53,565 nucleotides of DNA from IMG/VR virus record IMGVR_UViG_3300030463_000010; one strand, written 5' to 3'. A program made the position numbers and the translations under genes. The number at the start of each line of letters is the position of its first letter. Within the stretch, counting starts at the first letter, position 1. The stretch is from a virus. Below the pieces are notes generated by a model. The model ran no database searches. It was not told the origin of the DNA and worked only from the letters and a program-made list of their open reading frames with translations. Positions 39,930-48,956 of the stretch are shown in pieces.

Positions 39930-40441
39930 AGCGACGACAGATTCTTACATATCTTTGCTTCGTCGGGCTTCTGGCAATCTGGTTAATTGGATTCCTGGCG
40001 CTGAATGTGGATGCCAAGCCTCCGCGCCCGGAACACACAAAAGCCGCCATGCCGGAGATCACGTTGGACGAGCTGGAGGCCGCAGAGAATGAGCTTATTG
40101 AGGCCGCGCTGTTGGCCCGCTCAACCAAGCTGGAGGACGTGACCATCACCTTCTACTGCTGCGAAGAACGGCCCCACATCTGCGGGACAGGCTCCGGCAT
40201 CACTGCCAGCGGACGGCGTGTGACTCCGTATGTGAGCTGTGCTGTAGACCCTGCCGTGATTTCGCTGGGCAGCACCATCATGATCGAGCACAATGGCGAA
40301 ATGCTGTATCTGCGGGCGGACGATACCGGCCCTGCTATCCGGGGAAACAGGCTGGACATTGCGGTACAAGGTCATCAGGAGGCTTTATCTTTGGGCGTGA
40401 AAACGGCTGATATTTGGTGGTGCGAGGAAGGGGTGTCCTGA
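39926..40441 (+). CDS. membrane-anchored 3D-domain (RlpA/MltA-like) cell-wall-binding protein
   Basis: 171 aa. N-terminal TM. TFYCCEE...CGTGSGITASGRRVTP..VSCAVDPAVISLGSTIMIE...LRADDTGPAIRGNRLDIAV. Confidence 0.75.
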   Translation: MKRRQILTYLCFVGLLAIWLIGFLALNVDAKPPRPEHTKAAMPEITLDELEAAENELIEAALLARSTKLEDVTITFYCCEERPHICGTGSGITASGRRVTPYVSCAVDPAVISLGSTIMIEHNGEMLYLRADDTGPAIRGNRLDIAVQGHQEALSLGVKTADIWWCEEGVS

Positions 40442-40442
40442 A

Positions 40443-40679
40443 ATGAGCATGGAAAAGCTGATTCAGGACTCCGTTGATTGTAGGAAAGACCACAAGACAT
40501 ACGGGAAATGGAAGCCAGATCATCCTGGAGACCCACCGCCAAGAAAAGGACATCCATCAATTGGAACCCGGTACTGTGAGGTGTGCGGCGCAGTTCTTCG
40601 CCCCCGTCAGCACCACTTTTGCAGTGCGGATTGCCGGGACGTCGCAACTAAACGAAATAAGCGAAAGAAACCAACTTGA
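40443..40679 (+). CDS. zinc-ribbon/basic protein (78 aa)
   Basis: CEVCG...FCSADC. Lys/Arg-rich tail. Confidence 0.55.
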   Translation: MSMEKLIQDSVDCRKDHKTYGKWKPDHPGDPPPRKGHPSIGTRYCEVCGAVLRPRQHHFCSADCRDVATKRNKRKKPT

Positions 40680-40693
40680 GGGGGAGATAAAAC

Positions 40694-40855
40694 ATGTACC
40701 GCTGCATGATCTGCGGGCTTGAATTCGATCATCCGCTTCTGGTCATACGTGATGAAATTGTGGATAGCGATGGAAACCGGGAGCGGCAAATCAAGGCTGT
40801 GTGCCCCTCCTGTTGGATGGGAGAACAATATTTTGAAAATACGGAGGAATCTTAA
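40694..40855 (+). CDS. zinc-ribbon protein (53 aa)
   Basis: CMICG...CPSC. GGGGAG RBS. Confidence 0.5.
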   Translation: MYRCMICGLEFDHPLLVIRDEIVDSDGNRERQIKAVCPSCWMGEQYFENTEES

Positions 40856-40858
40856 AAT

Positions 40859-41803
40859 ATGGCAGTCAAGAAACCAGCTGAATTGGATTTCAGCAACAAG
40901 AAATTTATGATGATTATCAGCGGCCAACCCGGCCTGGGAAAGACTACGCTGGCGCTGTCAGCCCCCAAACCGTTCCTGTTTGATACAGATAACGGAATTG
41001 CCCGCGTCAAAGCGGAACACCGCTGTGTAACTTCCACCACGGCATCCTATGAAGAGCTGTTGGAGGACATGAGCAGCGAAGAATACAAAGCTGCTGAGAC
41101 CATCATCATTGATACCGGCGGCACCCTTGTTCAGCTGATGAAGTCGTGGGCCAGAAAACAGGACGCTAAAGCGGCAAAGGACGGCAGGGCTATGTACGGC
41201 GTGATCAAGACGGAGTTTGACCGGCTGTGCTGGCAAATCCGCAATCAGGATAAAAAACATTTGGTAGTCGTTTTCCATACTACTGAGCAGGCAAAAGGAG
41301 AATCCGTTCAAACCCGCATTTCCTGCGAGGGGTCCACAAAGGATATTGTCTGGACGCCAGCCGATTTTGGGGGCCATATGTTCATGATGGGCAGCAAGCG
41401 TGTCATTGGATTTACGCCTACAGAAGAATATTTTGCGAAAGGGTGCTTCGGTGTCTCCGGCGTCATGGAGGTTCCTATTCTGAAAGACGGACAGGCCAAT
41501 ACTTTTTTGACAGACCTTTTCAAATCCGCACAGGCAAGCATTGATTTGGAAATGGAGCGGTACAGTGAAGAAAAGGCGGCGTATGCGGCGGCGATGGAAA
41601 CTGGCTTTGCCGCAATTGCCGCTGTGGAAGACCCGGAAAGTGCTAAAACGGCCCAGGACGCGATTGAAGGAATTGCCCACGCGCTGACCAGCCAGGCGGA
41701 ACTCCGCGCCGCGTTTAGGCGCCGCTTGAAAGAGGCCGGTTTGAAATGGGACAAGGAGGCAGGCGCCTATGTCGTATTGGCTGACACAAAGTCTGCTAAG
41801 TAG
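40859..41803 (+). CDS. Sak4-like RecA-fold ATPase (AAA_24 recombination protein)
   Basis: 314 aa. Walker A GQPGLGKTT and Walker B TIIIDT. Confidence 0.8.
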   Translation: MAVKKPAELDFSNKKFMMIISGQPGLGKTTLALSAPKPFLFDTDNGIARVKAEHRCVTSTTASYEELLEDMSSEEYKAAETIIIDTGGTLVQLMKSWARKQDAKAAKDGRAMYGVIKTEFDRLCWQIRNQDKKHLVVVFHTTEQAKGESVQTRISCEGSTKDIVWTPADFGGHMFMMGSKRVIGFTPTEEYFAKGCFGVSGVMEVPILKDGQANTFLTDLFKSAQASIDLEMERYSEEKAAYAAAMETGFAAIAAVEDPESAKTAQDAIEGIAHALTSQAELRAAFRRRLKEAGLKWDKEAGAYVVLADTKSAK

Positions 41804-42401
41804 CTGGCGGTACTGGATGGAGGCGGGGGACGCTCAGGCGGACCAGGCCAGAGAGGCGTTTTGCTCTTCACTTCGCCGGGAAAAGCAGCCCAAAACGGAC
41901 GCCATGCTGCGGGGCATCCGGTTTGAGGATGCGATCAACCGTGTGGTGGCCGGGAAGACTGCAGAACTGTCGGATGAGTACACGGAAAAAGCCGTCAGGC
42001 GGTTTTCACGCCTTTGCATGGGCGGACAGCCGCAGGTACCTATATCCGGAAACCTGTTTGTCAGCGGGCTTGATTTAACACTTTATGGCGTCTGCGACTA
42101 CGTGAAGGCTGGAATCATCTATGACATCAAGCGTGTTTCCCGCTACGAATACGGAAAGTATCAGACAAGCCCACAGCATCCCCTGTATTTACATCTGCTT
42201 CCCAAAGCTACACGGTTTGATTACCTGATCTTTGACGGAAGATTCTGCTATCGGGAGACATACCGTCGGGGAGACTTCCCGCCGATTGAAACGACGGTGG
42301 ATAGATTCATCCAGTCCTTGCGGGAAGCGAATCTGCTGGACGATTATAAGACGTATTGGAATATGAACGAAACAAGGGAGGAATTGATTCATGGCCTTTA
42401 G
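41769..42401 (+). CDS. PD-(D/E)XK-type nuclease, putative
   Basis: 210 aa. GVCDYVKAGIIYDIK motif. Sits between Sak4 and SSB, as in known modules. Confidence 0.55.
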   Translation: MSYWLTQSLLSSWRYWMEAGDAQADQAREAFCSSLRREKQPKTDAMLRGIRFEDAINRVVAGKTAELSDEYTEKAVRRFSRLCMGGQPQVPISGNLFVSGLDLTLYGVCDYVKAGIIYDIKRVSRYEYGKYQTSPQHPLYLHLLPKATRFDYLIFDGRFCYRETYRRGDFPPIETTVDRFIQSLREANLLDDYKTYWNMNETREELIHGL

Positions 42402-42855
42402 AAGTGTAGAAAACGACAACGAGCTGATGAAAGAAGGAGAATACGAGGTTTATGTGAAAGACTGCTGCCGAAGCGAAACGCAAAGCCACATCCCAGTCAT
42501 CAAATTTGAGTTTGTCGTCCGGGCGGATTCCGGTATTGAGCAGGCATATAAAAACAAGCATGTGTTTAAGAACTTTTTTCCGGATGAAGAGACCGGTAAC
42601 TTCCCGGAGGAAAAGATCGGAAAGTATGCTAATGCGCTTGGCATTCCAAAGGGTCAGGAATTTGAGCTGGATGATCTGATTGGAAGAAACTGTGTGATCG
42701 TCATTAAACATTATACCAATGAAAAGACCGGTGAGAAAAAGGACTGTATCTTTTATACAAAGACCAGCAAAGCGGAGCCGTACATGAACACAACGCCAGT
42801 TGGAGGACAGGATTTCGCAGATATTTCAGAGGAAGATGGCGAGCTGCCGTTTTAA
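42391..42855 (+). CDS. single-stranded DNA-binding protein (DUF669-like)
   Basis: 154 aa. Acidic C-terminal tail EEDGELPF. Confidence 0.65.
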   Translation: MAFRSVENDNELMKEGEYEVYVKDCCRSETQSHIPVIKFEFVVRADSGIEQAYKNKHVFKNFFPDEETGNFPEEKIGKYANALGIPKGQEFELDDLIGRNCVIVIKHYTNEKTGEKKDCIFYTKTSKAEPYMNTTPVGGQDFADISEEDGELPF

Positions 42856-42867
42856 GGCGGTGGGCAT

Positions 42868-43476
42868 GTGAGACGTGAACAATTTACTTTTTACCGCAGT
42901 TACTATGAGGCATTGAAGAACCTGCCAAAAAGAGACCAGACAGCGGTGTTGATGGCGGTCATTGGCTATGCTCTTGACGAAACAGAACCAGCCCTGTCCG
43001 GAGTTCCTCTTTCCGTTTTTACGTTGATTCGCCCAACGCTGGACAGTGGAAGGAACAAAGCAAAAAACCGCATGAACAAACGAGGAACAAACGAAGGCCA
43101 AAGCGAGAACAAACAGGAAACAAATCAGGAACAAACACGTAAAGAGGGAGAGAAAGAGAAGGAGAAAGAGGGGGAGAGTGAGATAGAGGTAGAGGGAGAG
43201 AACGATAGTTCTCTCCCCCCACCCCCCCTCTCCGGGGGGAGATCGAAACGGTTTGTCCCTCCCACCGTGGAGGAAGTTCAAACATACTGCCGGGAACGAA
43301 ACAACGGAATAGATGCCGCTGCCTTCATAGACTTCTATGCTGCCAGGGGGTGGAAGTATGGGCAAGGCCGACCGATGGTGGACTGGAAAGCGGCTGTCCG
43401 AACTTGGGAGTCCCGAGAGAAAAAGCAGGAAAATGGCGGAAATATCTTCCTGAAAATGTTGGAGGAACAGGAATGA
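42868..43476 (+). CDS. replisome organiser-like protein
   Basis: 202 aa. N-terminus FTFYRSYYEALKNLPKRDQ, C-terminus VEEVQTYCRERNNGIDAAAFIDFYAARGW. Contains the iteron array. Confidence 0.65.
   Translation: MRREQFTFYRSYYEALKNLPKRDQTAVLMAVIGYALDETEPALSGVPLSVFTLIRPTLDSGRNKAKNRMNKRGTNEGQSENKQETNQEQTRKEGEKEKEKEGESEIEVEGENDSSLPPPPLSGGRSKRFVPPTVEEVQTYCRERNNGIDAAAFIDFYAARGWKYGQGRPMVDWKAAVRTWESREKKQENGGNIFLKMLEEQE
43053..43136 (+). repeat. iteron-like array: GAACAAAC x4 plus 2 variants at 10-22 bp spacing (candidate origin)
   Basis: Exact copies at 43074, 43085, 43107 and 43129; variants at 43053 and 43117. Followed by a GA-rich tract and the palindrome TCTCCCCCC (43212-43220) / GGGGGGAGA (43234-43242). 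Confidence 0.6.
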
Positions 43477-44012
43477 ATCAAACAGAAACCTTGCAGATTA
43501 TGGCCGTTCTCCGCGGTGCATATCCGGCATTTTACCGGGATATGGTGCGAAAAGATGCAGAAAGTGTAGTCGCTCTATGGACGGAGATGTTTGCGGAGGA
43601 AGATGTTGCGATTGTGGCCGCTGCGGTTAAAGCGTTGATTGCAACGGATGATAAGGGTTTCCCTCCGCACATCGGGGCTGTCAAAGCTAAGGTCCGGCAG
43701 ATCACACAGCCAGCCGGGATGACGGCGCAAGAAGCCTGGAACCTTGTGGCAAGGGCCATTCGTAACAGCGGCTATGAGAGCCGGAAGGAGTACGACAATC
43801 TTCCGCCAGACATCCAGAGACTAGTTGGTTCCCCTGAACAGCTCCGGGACTGGGCTATGATGGACAGCAGCACGGTGCATAGCGTGGTTGCATCTAATTT
43901 CCAACGAGCTTTTACAGCGAGGCAAAAGGCAGACCATGATTACAAGGCACTGCCCAGGGATGTGCAGGAACTTGTCGGAACTATGGCAGAGAGGATGGCG
44001 CTGCATGACTAA
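43473..44012 (+). CDS. G39P-like helicase-loader family protein
   Basis: 179 aa. MNQTETLQIMAVLRGAYPAFYRDM...VALWTEMFAEEDVAIVAAAVKALI. Confidence 0.6.
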   Translation: MNQTETLQIMAVLRGAYPAFYRDMVRKDAESVVALWTEMFAEEDVAIVAAAVKALIATDDKGFPPHIGAVKAKVRQITQPAGMTAQEAWNLVARAIRNSGYESRKEYDNLPPDIQRLVGSPEQLRDWAMMDSSTVHSVVASNFQRAFTARQKADHDYKALPRDVQELVGTMAERMALHD

Positions 44013-44349
44013 AACGATCAACAGCAAGCGCAAGGGAAAAGAGGGAGAGCTGCGTCTGGTCCACTTCCTGCGAGAGCAGGGCTATGAGTGCCGCAGAACA
44101 GCGCAGTACTGCGGAAAAACCGGAGAGGCAGCGGACGTGATCGGGCTTCCGGGCCTCCATATCGAGTGCAAGGCCGTTGAACGGCTGAATGTTCGGGAGG
44201 CATTGAAGCAAGCTGTCAGGGACGCGGTTGCCTCTTTGATTCCCGTGGTATTTCACAGGCACAGCCGGGAGGAGTGGCTTGTAACGCTCCGGGCAGAGGA
44301 TTTCATGACCATTTACCGGGAGTGGGAGGCTGGACGACATGAAAAGTAA
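44005..44349 (+). CDS. Holliday-junction-resolvase-like PD-(D/E)XK nuclease
   Basis: 114 aa. RKGKEGELRLVHFLREQGY...ADVIGLPGLHIECK. Confidence 0.6.
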   Translation: MTKTINSKRKGKEGELRLVHFLREQGYECRRTAQYCGKTGEAADVIGLPGLHIECKAVERLNVREALKQAVRDAVASLIPVVFHRHSREEWLVTLRAEDFMTIYREWEAGRHEK

Positions 44350-44668
44350 AACGCTTCTGCGCGTGGTGGAAATGGCGCGGAGCGGATGCACAGACAGAGA
44401 GATCGGGAAAGCGGTGGGCGCTGCCCCATCGACGGTCAGCTACCACAGGAAGAAAGCCGGAATCGAGAGGGCCCGCGGTCAAACATACCACACTCTGTAC
44501 ACGCTCTATGACCGGGATGGGCAGTACCTGTTTGAAGGCAGCGTGAAGGAATGCGCAAATTTCCTGGAAATTCAGGAGCACACGGTCCGGGAATATCTGT
44601 CCAGATTCCGCGCCGGAAGGAAAACGCCTGTTGAGATTTACGCAGAGCCAGTCAGGAGGATGAGATGA
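44339..44668 (+). CDS. HTH DNA-binding protein (109 aa)
   Basis: GCTDREIGKAVGAAPSTVSYHRKK. Confidence 0.6.
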   Translation: MKSKTLLRVVEMARSGCTDREIGKAVGAAPSTVSYHRKKAGIERARGQTYHTLYTLYDRDGQYLFEGSVKECANFLEIQEHTVREYLSRFRAGRKTPVEIYAEPVRRMR

Positions 44669-44949
44669 CAGACGAAAGGCGCGCCCTGCTGGGCGACCGC
44701 GAGGCAAGTAAAAGACTGAGCGAGGCGGGGGTGCTGGTACCATGCCCGTTCTGCAAAGGCGAGGTACGCAGAGTAATTGGCTTTGGTGGGCTGAATTTTT
44801 TCAAGTGCAGGAAATGCGGGGCGGTGGTGAGCTTTGACAACGACTATTTCAATGAGCACCCGAATGAAGCCCGCCTCGCCTGGAACACCAAAGCCCAGGT
44901 TCTGAGCTCTGAGGAGATGGAGAAAATCTATGGAAAAGAAAATTCTTGA
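44665..44949 (+). CDS. Lar-family restriction alleviation protein
   Basis: 94 aa. CPFCKGE...CRKCGA...ARLAWNT. Confidence 0.7.
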   Translation: MTDERRALLGDREASKRLSEAGVLVPCPFCKGEVRRVIGFGGLNFFKCRKCGAVVSFDNDYFNEHPNEARLAWNTKAQVLSSEEMEKIYGKENS

Positions 44950-45439
44950 TGTGACCTGTGGAGCAAGGTCTATCTGGTTTGACAAGCACCATCCGGCGAC
45001 GGTCTACTGTGATAAGCGTCGGGAGCAGTACCATCATCTTTGGAAGAACGCCAGTAACTGTATGCTGGACATCAATCCTGATGTGGTATGTGATTTTACA
45101 AACCTGCCGTTCACAGATAACTCATTCCATCTGGTGGTATTTGACCCGCCCCATCTGACCGGGGCGAAAGAGACGGCTTGGCTCGTCAAGAAATATGGAA
45201 AACTGGACGAGAGCTGGCCGAAGATGCTCCATGACGGTTTCAGGGAGTGTATGCGAGTGCTTAAACCGGATGGGGTGCTTATCTTTAAGTGGTCTGAGTA
45301 TGACATTCCGGCGGCGGATGTTTGGAAAGCCATTGGGCAAAAACCTCTATTTGGGCATCACAGCGGGAAGCAAAGCCGTACTTTCTGGGCGTGCTTTATG
45401 AAGTTGGAGGAGATGGAGATGCTGGAGGGGATGGAATGA
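44930..45439 (+). CDS. SAM-dependent DNA methyltransferase (DPPH motif), putative
   Basis: 169 aa. ILDVTCGARS (motif I-like) and VVFDPPHL (motif IV). Confidence 0.7.
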   Translation: MEKKILDVTCGARSIWFDKHHPATVYCDKRREQYHHLWKNASNCMLDINPDVVCDFTNLPFTDNSFHLVVFDPPHLTGAKETAWLVKKYGKLDESWPKMLHDGFRECMRVLKPDGVLIFKWSEYDIPAADVWKAIGQKPLFGHHSGKQSRTFWACFMKLEEMEMLEGME

Positions 45440-45687
45440 AGAACCCAGGAGAATATGTTGACATTGGGGACCCAGCCTTGCAAGTCAGAACAGACGAGGA
45501 TGGAAACACTGTAGCCTCTGCAACGATACAGGCGGTTGTCCTCTGGAAAGAAGATATCAAAAACCACATCATGGACGAGATCATCAAGATGTGCAAGGAG
45601 CACGGAATTACGGACCTGTATGTGCTGAACCGGGATTTCATCCTGTCGGCTATCAAGGAGAAGATGGAAAAGGAGGCCCACCAATGA
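45436..45687 (+). CDS. hypothetical protein (83 aa)
   Basis: ATGA-type overlap with the upstream gene. Confidence 0.55.
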   Translation: MKNPGEYVDIGDPALQVRTDEDGNTVASATIQAVVLWKEDIKNHIMDEIIKMCKEHGITDLYVLNRDFILSAIKEKMEKEAHQ

Positions 45688-46010
45688 CGCGGGAAGAAGC
45701 GATTAAGGTCTTGAACAATTTTCCGATAGATTTTCGGAACTCTGGAGGCTTTGAAGCGATGGAAGCCTTGAAAATTGCTATCTTAGCCCTCCGCCCCGTC
45801 AGCCGGGAGAAGGTGAAAAAGGCCGAGTGGATATGGAGCACAGGAGACGTATATAGTTGCTCATCCTGCGGCGAGAAAACGCATGTAGACGAGTGCATGG
45901 AAAGCCCGATATATAACTTTTGCCCGTTTTGCATGGCTCCCATGACGGACGAGGCAGTGGAGATGGTGATGGAGAGATTGGAGGCGCTGAAAGATGGCAA
46001 GGGCGATTGA
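45684..46010 (+). CDS. hypothetical zinc-binding protein (108 aa)
   Basis: CSSCG...CPFC. Confidence 0.55.
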   Translation: MTREEAIKVLNNFPIDFRNSGGFEAMEALKIAILALRPVSREKVKKAEWIWSTGDVYSCSSCGEKTHVDECMESPIYNFCPFCMAPMTDEAVEMVMERLEALKDGKGD

Positions 46011-46284
46011 TGTTGTGCAGGTCAAAGCAGAGATAGCAGCTGAAAAACTGGCTGTCATTATTGAAAATGGGAGCGTTTTGCTAAAAGATATGCAAAGCGG
46101 CGAGGCGGTTAAAATTGCCACCCTCACCCCGCCGAACGAGCCGCTGATATGCGATGGGTGTCTATGGGCGGAAATGGGGGCACTTGAGAAATGCTCGTCT
46201 TGTATGAGAGACAAAAAAGATAATTACTATCGCCGCCTGCCAGAGGGAGAGGAGAACCCTGATGGACTACGAAAAGCTGATTGA
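45994..46284 (+). CDS. hypothetical protein (96 aa)
   Basis: Co-oriented, overlapping starts and stops. Confidence 0.5.
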   Translation: MARAIDVVQVKAEIAAEKLAVIIENGSVLLKDMQSGEAVKIATLTPPNEPLICDGCLWAEMGALEKCSSCMRDKKDNYYRRLPEGEENPDGLRKAD

Positions 46285-46891
46285 GCAATTAAAACAAAAA
46301 GACGGGCTGTGGTGTTCTGTGCCTACAGGAGAAAAACTTGTCACTGACGCTGCCGACGCCCTCACCGCCCTGCTGGCCGAAAACGAGAGGCTGAAAAACA
46401 AATTGTCCGAACTGGCACACCTGCCATTTGATAATCCTGGGGTCGGAGAGCGGACAAGGCTGATGGCTGAAAACGCCCAACTGCGGGACGAACTAGAGCA
46501 GGCCAAGACAGAGATCACCCGCCTGAAGCACTACGAGGACAAATGCCATGACTGTCCCATCGTCTGTGCCAAAACGGAAATCATCAAGGCGCACGAGGAG
46601 TTGGAAGCGGTACAAGCCGAACTGGAGCAGGTGAAGCGGGAACTACAGGCATATAAGGACACGGGCTTGGAGCCGGAGGACTTCAAACGGGCATTTCATG
46701 AGGATGCTGTTTTGAAACTGGCCGGACAAGCCCTTGGCATAGCACCTGACCGCCTGCGCGAACTGGCCCAGGCGCACAAGGAAAATCGGGTATTGCCCGA
46801 GGGAAGTGGCTGGTTTGTTACATGTAGCGGGAAGAAGTTGACGGTTGTCATGGACATTGAGGCCGCACTACGGAGGGAGCAGGATGGCTGA
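46262..46891 (+). CDS. coiled-coil hypothetical protein (209 aa)
   Basis: Long heptad-like segments. Confidence 0.6.
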   Translation: MDYEKLIEQLKQKDGLWCSVPTGEKLVTDAADALTALLAENERLKNKLSELAHLPFDNPGVGERTRLMAENAQLRDELEQAKTEITRLKHYEDKCHDCPIVCAKTEIIKAHEELEAVQAELEQVKRELQAYKDTGLEPEDFKRAFHEDAVLKLAGQALGIAPDRLRELAQAHKENRVLPEGSGWFVTCSGKKLTVVMDIEAALRREQDG

Positions 46892-47246
46892 ATACATCGC
46901 AAAAGAGAAAGCCGTGGAAATTATTGAGCAACGGCAAAAAGAACTCTGCCCAGTTGGCAGATATGGCCGGAACTATGTGTATGGGTCTGACCGGGAAAAA
47001 TATGATGCCTGGGAAGAAATCATAGACGAGATTGAAAATATGGACGCCGCCGACGTTGCGGAGGTGAGGCACGGGTGGTGGGAAATAAAAGTGCTCGCCT
47101 TTTCTCGCTGCAAAAAAATAAGCTGTAGCATTTGCGGCTACAGCGAAAATAGAGGGCCTGCATGGGATGAGGGATACGGGTTGGCTAATTACTGCCTCAA
47201 CTGCGGCGCTCGCATGGACGAGGAGGACGAGCATGAGGCTGATTGA
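46884..47246 (+). CDS. hypothetical zinc-binding protein (120 aa)
   Basis: ATG at 46884. CSICG...CLNCG. Confidence 0.55.
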   Translation: MAEYIAKEKAVEIIEQRQKELCPVGRYGRNYVYGSDREKYDAWEEIIDEIENMDAADVAEVRHGWWEIKVLAFSRCKKISCSICGYSENRGPAWDEGYGLANYCLNCGARMDEEDEHEAD

Positions 47247-47676
47247 AGGGCGGTCATTCTATAAAGAGCCGTGGTACGGCAGCTATCATGCCATGATGGA
47301 CAGATGCTATCGAGAGAAAGCAAAGAACTATCCGATGTATGGCGGTAGAGGTATTAGCGTCTGCGAAGAATGGCATGACATTGAAGCCTTCGAGAAGTGG
47401 GCGGAGCAATCTGGATTCCAAAGCGGTCTTACCTTGGAGCGTAAAAATGTCAATGGAGACTATTGCCCGGAAAACTGCAAATGGGCAACGAAAAAAGAAC
47501 AAGCCAACAACCGAAGAAACACGGTGTATTTGGAATTTGATGGAGAATGTCACACTGTTAGCGAGTGGGCAAATATTCTCGGTATTAACAGAAGTACATT
47601 GAATAACCGTGTCCATAGAGGATGGCCTGTTGAAAAGGCGCTTGGAAGGGGGAATTATCGTGTCTCGGCTGATTGA
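47233..47676 (+). CDS. DNA-binding protein (HNH/AP2-like module plus C-terminal HTH)
   Basis: 147 aa from the ATG at 47233 (AGGAGGA RBS). LERKNVNGDYCPENCKWATKKEQANNRR; TVSEWANILGINRSTLNNRVHRGW. Confidence 0.55.
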   Translation: MRLIEGRSFYKEPWYGSYHAMMDRCYREKAKNYPMYGGRGISVCEEWHDIEAFEKWAEQSGFQSGLTLERKNVNGDYCPENCKWATKKEQANNRRNTVYLEFDGECHTVSEWANILGINRSTLNNRVHRGWPVEKALGRGNYRVSAD

Positions 47677-47974
47677 TGCTGATAATTTAGATTTCACATT
47701 TGATAGGCGTTGTTTTTCGGAGGGTGATACCCAGTATGTGCGCGGAGTGGACGATGCCATTGGGGTGGTAAACAACGCCCCCACCATCGACGCCGTGCCT
47801 GTGGTCAGATGCCGGGAGTGCAAGTTTTACCGGGAGTTCCGCACCAAACGGCACCACCAGATTATGCGGATGTGCTACCGGATGGGCAAGCATGATATGG
47901 AATACCCGGTCAAGCCAGACAATTTCTGTTCCTACGGCCAGCGAAAGGAGGCCAACCATGAAGTTTCGGAGTAA
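47660..47974 (+). CDS. hypothetical protein (104 aa)
   Basis: GTG at 47660 with GGAAGGGGGA RBS. CRECKF motif. Confidence 0.5.
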   Translation: MSRLIDADNLDFTFDRRCFSEGDTQYVRGVDDAIGVVNNAPTIDAVPVVRCRECKFYREFRTKRHHQIMRMCYRMGKHDMEYPVKPDNFCSYGQRKEANHEVSE

Positions 47975-48956
47975 GACGGGGGAAGTGCTTGAAACTCATT
48001 GCGAAATCTGCGGAGCTGGGAGCTCTCCCTGCAAATTAGAGTACCTTGGAGCACCATGTGGGATGCTTAGGGGCAAATCAGCATACTTTGTTGCCCGCCT
48101 GATGGGGTACGAGGTGTTGGAGGACGAGGCGGAATACTATAAGTTTGAAATCCGTCTTTGTGATACCAAGATTGATAGAGATTTTGAGAAGTTTACACTT
48201 CCGTGTTTGCGTAAACTGTCTGAAATGTTTGTCGGTAAAAACGGTTTTGTAGGCCAAGACAGTATTGCAAAAATTCTTTCCACAGTAGTCCTTAAAGGGA
48301 AAGACGGCGAGTGGTTTATCAAGGCCAATGCGTCCATCAAGAATATCCCGGAAAATTTCAAGGTCATCGAGGAAATCAAGAGCGGAAAAAAGAAAGAAGT
48401 CAGCATTGGATGCTCAGTAGCAACAAGAACTTGTTCTATTTGCGGAGATAGTACCGGGAGTTGCAATCATAAACCCGGAGAATATTACAACGGGAAACAA
48501 TGTTTTATGGAATTGAACGATCCAACAGATGTCTTTGAATGGTCGTTTGTTGCGACACCGGTTAAGGAGGAGGCCAACATGGACAAGCCGCTGAAGGACT
48601 GGACGTTTTCTGAGGTACAGAAATATTGTAAAAAACAGAGGAACACTCCTGAATTGTGCAGCGCGTGCAAAATTAAAAAATTCTGCGACAAATACCTCGG
48701 AGGAAAAGGAGAATCCGCAAGCCCCAAATATTGGGACCTGTCTGAACCGTCCCGCTGGACGGAGCAGGAGGTGGAGAGGGCGAAGGCGATCAAACTTATT
48801 TATCCAAATGCTGAAAAACTGGAATTAATACCATGTGCTATTCGTGTTTACACGGATATTGGGGCAATAGCCTATCTGCATACTGACCTATTTCCAAGCA
48901 TGAAAAATGGACAAATTTCCACCCTTGACGAGATCATCGGAGGTGAAACGAAGTGA
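47958..48956 (+). CDS. hypothetical Cys-rich protein (332 aa)
   Basis: ATG at 47958 with AAAGGAGG RBS. Several CxxC pairs. Confidence 0.6.
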   Translation: MKFRSKTGEVLETHCEICGAGSSPCKLEYLGAPCGMLRGKSAYFVARLMGYEVLEDEAEYYKFEIRLCDTKIDRDFEKFTLPCLRKLSEMFVGKNGFVGQDSIAKILSTVVLKGKDGEWFIKANASIKNIPENFKVIEEIKSGKKKEVSIGCSVATRTCSICGDSTGSCNHKPGEYYNGKQCFMELNDPTDVFEWSFVATPVKEEANMDKPLKDWTFSEVQKYCKKQRNTPELCSACKIKKFCDKYLGGKGESASPKYWDLSEPSRWTEQEVERAKAIKLIYPNAEKLELIPCAIRVYTDIGAIAYLHTDLFPSMKNGQISTLDEIIGGETK

